64,000 nucleotides of DNA, taken from contig NC_042997.1 of assembly GCF_006345805.1 (NCBI RefSeq), positions 207,328,001 to 207,392,000 on the forward strand. Reading direction: 5' to 3'. Position 1 is the first letter of the stretch, and each line of letters begins with the position of its first letter. The notes beneath the pieces are model-generated. The model searched no databases, was not told where the DNA came from, and saw only the letters and a program-made list of their open reading frames with translations. The translations under genes were made by a program, and so were the position numbers. Shown one piece after another: positions 12,470 through 22,599 of the stretch. The stretch comes from Octopus sinensis. Taxonomy: Eukaryota.

Positions 12470-14277
12470 TATTGTTAGTCATCCCATTTTTGTTACAGGT
12501 CTCATTTTGTTAGCAATCTCATTCTTATGAGCAAATCCATTTTTCTTAGACATCTCATTGTATGAAAAGTTCCATTCTCATTTTACAGAAGTACCATTTT
12601 TGCTTCACAACCCATTTTAGTTTGAAGTCCCATTTTGGTTACAAGTCTCATTTTTGTTGGAAGTCTCATTTATGTTAAAAATCTTTGAGAATTCTCAATT
12701 TTTTCAGAAGTGTAATTTTTGTTAGAAGTCTCAGTTTTGTGAGATGTCTTATTTTTGTTAAAAGTCTCATTTTTGTAAGAAATATCAATTTTGTGAGTAG
12801 TCTCATTTTTGTGAGAATTGTCATTATTGTGAGATGTCTCATTTTTGTTAGAGGTCCTATATTTGTTAGAATTCCAATATTTGTTAGACATTACATATTT
12901 AATAGAAGTCTCATTGTTCTCACAAGTCTCGTGTTTGTTAGCAGTCTTTTTATGTGTGAAATGTCTTATTTTTGTTAGAAGTCCAATCTTTCTCAATACT
13001 TCGAATTTTGTTAGGAGTCACCTTTTTCTAAGTAGTATCATAATTCTTAAAAATCCATACCTCATTAAAAGTCTCATTCTTTACAAGTCTCGTATTTCTT
13101 AGAAGTCTTAATTTTATTAGAGATCCTAATTTCCTTTGAAGTCTCATTTTTGTGAGAAGTCTCATTTGTCCTAGAAGTCATATTGTTATTAGAAGTCTAA
13201 TTTTTGTTAGATTATTCATGTTAGTAAGATACCTCATTTTTGCTCTTTTTTTTTTGTTGGATGTTCTAATTTATTTAGAAGTCTTATTTTTGTTAGAAGT
13301 CACATTTTCATTAAAAATCTCATTATTGTGAGATATCTCATTTTTGCAGTAGTCCAAGTTTTGGCTGAAATCTCATTCTTTTTGAAGGGTCGTTTTTGCT
13401 TAATGCCTTATTTTTGTTAGAAGTCCCATATTTTGTTTGAAGTCCATATTTGCTAGATGTCTCACTTTTGTTAGAAGTCTCATTTTTATTACAAGTATCA
13501 TTTTTGTGAAAAGTCCTTTTTCTTAGAACTACCATTTTTGTTAGAATTCCTAATATTTTTAGAAGTCTCATCTTTGTTTGAAGTCTCAGATTTTGTTAGA
13601 GGTATTAATTTCATTAGAAGTTTCATTTTTGTTAGAGCTCACATTTCTATTAGAAGTCTCATGTAAGACATCTTATTTTTGTCAGAGGCCTGATTTTTGT
13701 TGGAAGTCTCATTTCTGTTGGAAACCTCATTTTTTAGAATTATCATTTTCTTAAAACTCATTTCTGTTAATATTGCCATTTTTCTTAGAACTCTCATGTT
13801 TATTAGAAGTTTCGTTTTTCTTGGAAATTTCATTTTTGTTAGAATTCTTATTGTTGGAGAAGAATCATTTTTCTTAAAAGTGTCATTCTTCTTAGAAGTC
13901 TCATTTCTCTGAGATATCTCATTTTGTTTAGAAATCTCATTTTTCTTAGAAGTGTCAATTTTTTGAGTAGTCCAAATTTTGTTTGAAGTCTCTTTTTCTT
14001 AGATGTATCATTTTTGCTAGAAGTCCTAATTTTGTTAGAAACCTCATTTTTGTTATGTCTCATTTTTGCCAGAAGTTCCAACTTTGTTAGATGATTCATT
14101 TTCATTAGATAACTCATTTTTGTCAGAAGTTTATTTTTGTTAGATTTCCTAATATTTTCAAGACTTTCATTTTTCTTAAAAGCCATATTTTTTTTCCCCC
14201 AGTAATCCAAATTTTGTTTGAAGTCTCATTTTTTAGAAGTGTCAATTTTGTTAGAAGTCATATTTTTGTTAGATTCT
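12470..14277. repeat. 17-18 bp satellite, block 2
   Basis: Same unit as block 1, continuing across the CR1 insertion. Confidence 0.9.
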
Positions 14278-15975
14278 CATCATCATCATCATCATTGTTT
14301 AACATCCATTTTCCATGCTAGCATGGGTTGGTCGGTTCAACCGGGATCTGGGAAGCCAGAAGGCTGCACCAGTCTGATCTGGCAGTGTTTCTACAGCTAG
14401 ACACCCTTCCTAACACCAACCACTTGGTGAGTGTAGTGCATGCTTTTTACATGCCACCAGCACTGGGGCCAGAGGAGGCTGGCAATGGTCATGATTGGTT
14501 GGTGCTTTTTATGTGCCACTGGCATTGGCCACGTTCGGATGGTACTTTTTATATGCCACCGACACGGGTATCACAATTTCCATTTGATTTCTATTTTAAT
14601 GTTGATGTACTTGACTCAATAGGTCACCTCAATCCAAGGTACTTTTGAATGGGCTGGGGTTGGTTTTGTGAAACTGGTGTAGGGGACAGCCATAAACTCA
14701 CTTTATTTGCCGGGTCATATCTCTAGAGGTCTCGGTCTTTCATCATTGCCTCTGTGAGGCTCAATGTTCAAAGGTCATGCTTGACCACCTCATCCCATGT
14801 CTTCCTGGGTATACCTCTACCCCGAATTCCTTCAAATGTTTAGGAGTGGCACTTCTTCACACATCTCTCCTCATCCATCTGCAGTACATGACCATACCAG
14901 CGCAGACGTCTCTCTTGCATGCCACATCTGATGCTTCTTATGTCCAGCATTTCTCTCAGGGCACTTACACTTTGTCATGTGTGCACACTGACATTGCACA
15001 TCCAGCGGATCATGCTAGCTTCATTTCTTTCAAGTTTATGCATGTCCTCTGCAGTCACAGTCCATGTTTCACTGCTGTGAGGCATGGCAGTTCACACACA
15101 TGCATCATACAATCTACCTTTCACTCTGAGCGAGAGGCCCTTTGTCACCAGTAGGAGTAGAAATTTTCTAAACTTTGCCCAGGATATTCTTATTCTAGTG
15201 GTAACAATCTTTGAGTATCCACCCTCACTACTAACTTGGTCACCTAGGTAGTGGACCCCTGGTCATCTGCCACACACAAAAGCTATCTTCTCAGTTAATT
15301 TCCCTTTGATGTTGCTGCACCTTATGCGTCCATTGCTTACACTCGGTACATCTTATGGATTTTCTACCTACACCTTTTCTACAGATCTAGCAGGGGTCAC
15401 CTACTTGAAGGGGTGTGTGATGTGTTTGTCTTCCTACTTACTAGGACTTTGGTCTTTGCTACATTGACTTTAAGGCCTTTTGATCCTAAACCTAGCTTCC
15501 ACACACGAAATTTCTTTTCTAGTTCTGGTAGTGATTCTGCTATGAGGGCCAGGTCATCAGCATAGAGGAGCTCCCAGGGGCAACCTGTCTTGAATTCCTC
15601 TGTTATTGCCTGGAGGACTATGATGAATAAAAGGGGACTGAGGGCTGAACCCTGGTGGAACCCTACTTCTACCTGGAATTCTTCACTATACTCGTTGCCA
15701 ATCCTAACCTTATTAACGGCCTCTCTGTATAGGGCCTGTACAGCCCTTATTAACCATTCATCAATCTCCAGTTTCTGCATCACCCACCAGATAAGGGATT
15801 GGAGGACCCTGTCAAAGGCTTTCTCCAAGTCCACAAAAACTAAGTATAGGTGTTTATCTTTAGCTAGGTATTTCTCCTGCTGTTGTTGAACCAGGAATAT
15901 GGCATCAGTGGTGCTTCTACCCGGCACAAAACTGAACTGCATCTCATCTAAGCAGACGCTCTCCCTGATGTGATG
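14278..15975 (-). mobile_element. 5'-truncated RTE LINE inserted in the satellite
   Basis: RT ORF 15397-16026 (DEMQF...DLEKAFD...YADD); 3' UTR and (GAT)n tail at 14278. Confidence 0.9.
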
Positions 15976-15984
15976 GGCTACATA

Positions 15985-17154
15985 AATTTCATTTTTATCA
16001 GAAATGCCTTTTTTGTTAGAAGTCACATTTTAATTAGAAGTTTCATTTTTGTGAGATATCACATTTATGCTAGAAGTTCCATTTTTCTTAGAAGTCTTAC
16101 TTTTGTGAGAAGTATAATTTTTGTTAGATATCTCAGTAGTCTTAATTTCCTTGAGTTCTTCATTTTCTTTGATGTCTCATTTTTGTCAGCAGTTTTATTT
16201 CCTTTAGATGTCCTAATTTCTTAAGAATTTTCATTTATGTTAGAAATTTAATTTGTATTAGAAGTCACATTTTTTTATCAGTAGTTTGAATTTTGTTTCA
16301 TGTCTCATTTTTTATATTTTTGTATAAAGTCTCATTTCTTTAGAAGTGCAAATATTATTAGATGTCTCAATTTTGTTAGAAGTTTTGTATTTGTTTGAAG
16401 ACTCATGTCTCTTAGAAATCCCATTGTTGTTAGAAGTCTCAGTCTTCTGTTGGAAGTCTGATTTTTCTTTAGAAGTCTCTTTATTTTTCAGAAGTGTCAT
16501 TTTTTAAAAACTCCTAATGATGATAGAAAACTCATTTTTTTTAGAAGTTGCAATTATGTGAGGTCTCATGTTTGTGGGAAGTGTCATTTGTGTGAGATGA
16601 CACTTTTTTTTTAGAAGTCCCATATTTGTTAGAATCCCAGATTTGTTAGTAATCTCATTTTCGTTGGAAGTCTCAGTTTCCCTAAAAGTTCCATTTTTCT
16701 GAGTAGTCCAAATTTTGTTTGAAGTCACTGTTTGTTTAGATGTATCCTTTTTGTTAGAAACTCATTTTTGTTAGACGTAATATTTTGTTTGAAGTCTTAT
16801 TTTTTAGAAGTGTCCTTTTTGATAGAAATCCTATTTTTGTTGGAAGTTTCAGTTTTGTTAAAACTCCTAATTTTGTTAGAAATTCCATTTTTATTAGAAG
16901 TTACATTTTCTTTAGAAGTCTCATTTTTGTGAGATTTTTCATTTTGCTAGAAGTTCAATTTTTGTTAGAAGTTTCATTTTTTTAAGAAATCTCATTTATG
17001 TGAGATGTCTTACTTTTGTTAGAAGTCCCATATTTACTAGAAGTCATATTTTTGTTAGACATATTATTCTGTTAGAAGTATCATTCTTATTAGAAGTCAC
17101 ATTTTAGTCAATAGTCCAAATTTTTTTTTTGAAGTCTCATTTTTGTAGAATTTT
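15985..17154. repeat. 17-18 bp satellite, block 3
   Basis: Same unit. Confidence 0.9.
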
Positions 17155-17410
17155 CATAAGTGCCAGTGGCACATAGAAAACACTATTCAAGCATGGCTGA
17201 TGCCAGTACTGCTTGACTAGCCCACTACACTCTCAGAGTGGTTAGCATTAGGAAGGGCATCCGACTGTAGAAACCTTGCCTGATCAGATTGGAGCCTGGT
17301 GCAGCTTTCTGGCTTCCCAGACCCCAGTCAAACTGTCTAATCCATACCAGTATGGAAAGCAGACATTAAACAATGATGATGATGATGATGATCATCATCA
17401 TCATCATCAT
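17155..17410 (+). mobile_element. RTE 3' UTR fragment inserted in the satellite
   Basis: ggaagggcatcc core, ccataccagtatgg hairpin, (GAT)n tail. Confidence 0.8.
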
Positions 17411-17860
17411 GAAGTCCTAATTTCTTTAGAAGTCCTCATTTTGTTAGACATTTCTTTGTTGCTAGAAGTCCCATTTTTGTTAGGAGTCTCATTTGTGTTA
17501 GAACATTTATTTTTGCAAGACGTCTCATTTTATTAGAAGTCACATTTCTGTCAGAATTTTGTTTGATGTCTTATTGTTTTACAATTCTCACTGTTTTGGA
17601 AGCATTATTTTTGTTAGAATCCTAATGTAGTTAGAAGTCTCCATTTTTGTTAAAAGTCCTAATTTTGTTGCAAATTTTATTTTTGTTACATGTCTCATTT
17701 TTGTTAGAGGTACTATTTTTGTGAGAAGTCTGCTAGTTGGGACAAGTTTCATTTTCTTGGGAACTCATATTTCTTAGAAGTTTTAATTTTGTTCAAAGTC
17801 CCAATTTCTTTTGAAGTCGCATTTTTGTTAGAATTTCCTTTTTGCTAGAAGTCCTGATAT
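17411..17860. repeat. 17-18 bp satellite, block 4
   Basis: Same unit. Confidence 0.85.
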
Positions 17861-18581
17861 TATGGCAAAAGGCAGCACTCATCTACCTTACCAATTTGTT
17901 TTGTGGGACTGTCAGTATAGAGATATGGTATGTTAAGTTTACTCTCAAAGTTTATGCCTACCATTTTGCACCCACTGTAATACTGAAACTACACTATGAC
18001 GGAGATGGATTCAGAGGCAGGATACAGTATGGGGAGATGCACCTCACCCATACTCAACCTCACCAACCAATAAACTTTTCAAATTTGTCTGTTTTGTTTA
18101 GATATGTATGATGGAAAGTGTATTTTTGTACCAGCAACAAACAACCCTTCAGTATAAAAATTAATTTTTTCAGTATCTCTGAACATATTACACTGTCATT
18201 TCCTTGATCAATTGTAATGAATCAATTGTCAGACCCACCCCACACCAGAAATTTCTGTATCCACTCCTGCACTACAATACTCCAGTTTGATGATTCACTG
18301 TTCAGCTGTGATGTTTATCTTCATGTGTTTCATCAGGAAGGTTATTCCCAGTTCATGCAAGTCAACGAGGCTACAGCTGGTGCAGTGTTTTAAGATTTTG
18401 AAGATGGCAAGCTGGTAGAAACGTTAGCATGTTGGGTGAAATTCTTAGTGGTATTTCATCTGTCTTTACATTCTGAGTTCAAATTCCACCGAGGTTGACT
18501 TTGCTTTTCATCCTTCTCGGGTTGATAAATTAAGTACCATTTGTACATTATTTACATTTGGCGGATATTTGTCCTCATCTT

Positions 18582-19285
18582 AGTATGTTTATATATTTGT
18601 TGTGCAAGATTTTTTATGTGAAGACGTGTGTTGAAACAGATATTGTTATATTTCGGAATGGTCATTTTGCCAGTTTAGCCAATAAAAACACACGCACTAT
18701 ATATTTGGTGTTATTTTGCTTCAGTGTTATTTATTTTTTACATTAATCTTAATCTTATTTTGGCCAGAGTTCTTTCGTCACACTCCTGTGACCGCATCAG
18801 TGGTCCTTTGCTTTCTTCTTTCTTATTTGTGTCTCTCCTTACTAACTATCAGCCATTTTGTATTTCTATTTTATTTCATTTGCTCATGCTTATATCTCTA
18901 TGAACAAAATAAGAATAAACAAAAACAACAACAACAAAAACAAATTAGACGAACGTATATAAACAGAAGATACAAATATTACAGGCATCCCCCCCACACA
19001 CACTAAATAAACATAGACGCACATAGAGATATACGCATGCGCAAATGAAGGCATACTATAGAAATACAAAATGGCTGATGGTTAGTAAGGAGAGACACAA
19101 ATAAGAAAGAAGAAAGCAAAGGACCACTGATGCGGTCACAGGAGTGTGACGAAAGAACTCTGGCCGAAATAAGATTAAGATTAATGTAAAAAATAAATAA
19201 CACTGAAGCAAAGTAACACCAAATATATAGTGTGTGTGTTTTTATAGGCTAAACTGGCAAAATGACCATTTCGAAATATAACAAT
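18582..19285. mobile_element. Fold-back insertion with ~260 bp inverted arms (18642-18902 / 19022-19285), each carrying a hammerhead-like motif; probably pLTRs of a second Penelope family
   Basis: Arms are near-identical reverse complements. Flanked by the 11-bp direct repeat gtcctcatctt (18571-18581, 19286-19296). Confidence 0.7.
19121..19165 (+). ncRNA. Putative minimal type I hammerhead ribozyme, variant core; mirror copy 18762-18806 on - strand
   Basis: cca-CTGATG(cg)-gtcaca-ggag-tgtgac-GAAA-gaac-TC-tgg: 6-bp stem II, cca/tgg stem I. Core has C in place of A9. Confidence 0.5.
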
Positions 19286-19499
19286 GTCCTCATCTTGTTT
19301 GTTGTTAAATGTATGGAAAAATGGAGACCATCTCCCCCTGTGGGATGAAGTTAAAATAATAGACAGAGAACACCACTGGAAAATACGAAAACTAAAAGGA
19401 ACAGCACATATGATAGGACACAACAACCTCCTAAGCAGACCGAGTGCAGATATGAGTAGCAAATGGGAACTGGTATTAAGATTCACTCCATAATTTCCC

Positions 19500-19578
19500 A
19501 CGGGCATATTATGATGTAGTGGTTAAGAGCGTGAACTACTAACCCCAAGATTCCAAGTTCGATTCCAGGCAGTGACCT
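19500..19578 (+). promoter_or_regulatory. tRNA-like Pol III internal promoter segment
   Basis: A-box-like tgatgtagtggtt, B-box gttcgattcc, anticodon-arm-like ctactaa loop. No complete acceptor stem. Confidence 0.65.
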
Positions 19579-19700
19579 GAATAATAATAAGAATAATAAT
19601 AATAATAATAATACCAACAACAACAACAATAATAATAATAATAATAACAACATCAAAAAATACCTTAGGAATGAGAACCCAGGTTTGAAATTTCCTCTAA

Positions 19701-19746
19701 GACACCTGATGAAGGGTGGAGGGTATATCAGCCGAAACATTGTGTT
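19701..19746 (+). ncRNA. Degenerate minimal type I hammerhead ribozyme of PLE type
   Basis: acac-CTGATGA-a-gggtg..cagcc-GAAAC-att-gtgt: acac/gtgt stem I, one mismatch in stem II, A in place of G at 16.2. Confidence 0.55.
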
Positions 19747-19980
19747 AATAACAAACAAGATAAAAACGAATATCTGTCAAATGTAAATAATGTAAATTAA
19801 GTACCAGTTGAATACTGGGGTCGACCTAATCGACTAGCTCCCTTCCCTAAAATTTTGGGCCTTATGCTTAGAGTAGAAAAGAAAAGCATTTTATAATTTC
19901 GGTAGTATTGGATGTAGATTTATACGGTATTTTCTTTTTGTCCCAGACAAAGGAAAAACCAAACACCACAATATGAAAAT

Positions 19981-22300
19981 TCATCATCATCATCATCATC
20001 GTTTTACGTCTGCTTTCCATGCTAGCATGGGTTGGAGAATTTGACTGAGGACTGGTGAACCAGATGGCTGCACCAGGCTCCAATCTGACCTGGCAGAGTT
20101 TCTACAGCTGGATGCCCTTCCTAATGCCAACAACTCCGAGAGTGTAGTGGGTGCTTTTACGTGCCACTGGCACGAGGGCCAGTTAGGCAGTACTGGCAAC
20201 GGCCATACTCAAATGGTGCTTTTTATGTTCCACCTGCACAGGAGCCAGTACAGCGACACTGGCAACAACCTCGCTCGAATGTTTTTTCATATGCCACCAA
20301 CATAAGTGCCAGTAAGGTGATGCAGGTAACAATCAAGCTCAAATGGTGTTTTTTATGTACGACTGGCACTGAGGCTGGCTTTTTGCTCTGGTAGCGATCA
20401 AACTCATATGGTACTCTTAGTGCTCCACTAGCACAGATGCCAGACATCAAATTTGAGTTTGATTTTGATTTCACTTGCCTCAAAAGGTCTTCGCAAGCTG
20501 AGTTTAGTGTCCAATGAAGGAAAGGTATGCATAAGTGGGCTGGTTACACCACTGGCATAGGCCACGGTTTATGGTTTCACTTGACTTGCTGGGTCTTCTC
20601 AAGCACAGCATATTTGCAAAGGTCTTGGTCACTAGTCATTTCCTTGGTGAGGCCTAATGTTCGGAGGTCGTGCTTCACCACTTTGTCCCAGGTCTTCCTG
20701 GGTTTACCTCTTCCACAGGTTCCCTCAATAGCTAGGGTGTGGCACATTTTCACACAGCTATCCACATCCATTCTCGCCACATGACCATACCTGCGCAAAC
20801 GTCGCTCTTGCTTCTTAGGTCCAACTTTTCTCTCAAGGTACTTACACTCTGTCTAGTATGAACACTGACATTATACATCCAGCGGAGCATACTGGCTTCA
20901 TTCCTTGCACACATGCGCATATCCTCAGCAGTCACGGTCCATGTTTCACTGCCGCGTAGCATGGCTGTTCGTACACATGCATCATACAGTCTGCCTTTTA
21001 CTCTGAGCAAGAGGCCATTTGTCACCAGCAGAGGTAGGAGCTCTCTGAACTTTGCCCAGGCTATTCTTATTCTAGCAGCTACACTCTTAGAATATCAACC
21101 CCTGCTACTGACTTGGTCACCTAGGTAAGGGAAGCTATCAACTACTTCTAGTTTTTCTCCCTGGAATGTAGCGGAAGTTGTTCTCTGCACATTTTCATTG
21201 TTGTTTATTGCTCCCGAGCATCTACCACATACAAAAACTATCTTCCTAGTTAGCCTTCCTTTGACATTGCTGCACCTCTTATGTGTCCATAGCTTACACT
21301 GGGTACATCTTATAGAGTTTCTACCTACACCTTTTTTACAGATCGAGCAGGGCCATCTACCTGAAGGGATTTGTGGTTTGCCTTCCTTCTTACTCATTAG
21401 GACGTTGGTTTTGGATAGGTTGACTCTAAGACCCTTCGATTCTAATCCTTGTTTCCACACTTGAAACCTTCTCCTCTAATTCTGATAGTGACTCAGCAAT
21501 TAGAGCAAGGTCATCAGCATAGAGGAGCTCCCAGGGTTATCCTGTCTTGAATTCCCCCATTATTGTATGGAGGACTATGATAAATAGGAGGGGGCTGAGT
21601 ACTGAACCCTGGTGGACCCCTACCTCTACCCAAAATTCTTCACTGTACTTGTTGCTAACCCTCACCTTACTAATGGTGTCCCTGTACATGGCTTGCACAG
21701 CTCTCACTAACCATTCATCTATCCCTAGTTTCCTCATTGACCACCAGATAAGGGATCATGGGACCTTGTCAAAGGTTTTCCCCATGTCAACGAAAGCCAA
21801 GTACAGGGGCTTATCTTTGGTTAGGTATTTCTCCTGCAGCTGCCTTACCAGAAATATGGCATCAGTTGTACTTTTCCCTGGCACGAACCCAAACTGCATC
21901 TCATCTAAACTGACTCTCTCCCTAATTAGTTGGGCTATGACCCTCTCCGTGACCTTCATTACCTGATCCAAGAGCTTGATACCTCTGTAATTATTTGTAT
22001 CTAAAGCATCACCTTTACCTTTATAGCAGTTGACTATTATGCTGCTACACCAGTCATTGGGAATGACTCCTTCGTGTATCACCTGGTTAACTATACGGGT
22101 GACTAGGCTATAGTCTGTAGTTTTTTCTATCTAAGGCATCACCTATAACCCTTATAGCAGCTACCTATAACGCTACTACACCAGTCGTTGGGGATGGTGC
22201 GCCCACCCCCCTGAATAACCTGATTAACTATACAGGTGACTAAGCTGTATCATATGCCACCACAGATTCTAATCATTTCGACAGTGATTCCCGATGGACC
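19981..22300 (-). mobile_element. 5'-truncated RTE LINE
   Basis: RT ORFs 21756-22082 and 21537-21737; Cys-rich ORF 21095-21460; 3' UTR and (GAT)n tail. Confidence 0.93.
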
Positions 22301-22329
22301 ACCCAGGGGCTTTCCCTGTCTTCCTCTCC

Positions 22330-22575
22330 TTAATTGTGTGTGTGTGTGTGACTCTGTTAGTATCTGTTTGTCTTTTAATCACATGATATTTGTAAACAAG
22401 GATCACCATCATACAAGCAGTGTCATCCATTTCCAGTCTACAGTGAAAACATGTCTGGCCATGGGGCAATATTAACTTCCTTGGTGTGGGGGTGGGTGAC
22501 AGGAATGTCACCTAGACATAGAAGATTTGCCTCAACCAATTTCACCTGAAGCACGGAAAAGGAGACATTAAAAAG
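22330..22575 (+). mobile_element. Old SINE-like fragment with (GT)n and an RTE-like tail
   Basis: Tail gcacggaaaaggagacattaaa resembles RTE 3' ends; a related sequence lies on the - strand at ~54585-54900. Confidence 0.45.
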
Positions 22576-22599
22576 ATTATTATTATTATTATTATTATT

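Larger units (their letters stand above)
18540..19793 (+). mobile_element. 5'-truncated Penelope-like element (GIY-YIG C-terminus, tRNA-like segment, (AAT)n, hammerhead-like terminus) with a short inverted terminal copy
   Basis: Peptide WDEVKIIDREHHWKIRKLK...LSRPS...W resembles PLE GIY-YIG C-termini. 18544-18581 plus 19286-19308 is the reverse complement of the terminus 19745-19794. 13-bp TSD. Confidence 0.75.
18402..19885 (+). mobile_element. tRNA-derived SINE split by an insertion (head 18402-18539, tail 19794-19885)
   Basis: B-box gagttcaaattcc. The two halves join to match the intact copy at 80-270. 13-bp duplication aaattaagtacca at 18527-18539 and 19794-19806. Confidence 0.8.

Noticed and set aside
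12670-14210. Minus-strand ORFs with NKNETS-like repeats as a glycoprotein gene
   Set aside because: The frame breaks repeatedly at 17-bp units and there are no splice or start signals; these are translations of satellite DNA.
7685-17860. CRISPR-like array
   Set aside because: The repeats are contiguous and degenerate with no unique spacers, there are no cas genes, and the context is a eukaryotic intron.
17997-18270. Possible MITE with degenerate CAGG..GGAT.CAG termini
   Set aside because: The TIR match is too weak and there is no TSD.
19500-19578. Functional tRNA gene
   Set aside because: A and B boxes are present but the acceptor stem does not pair; it is embedded in a retroelement.
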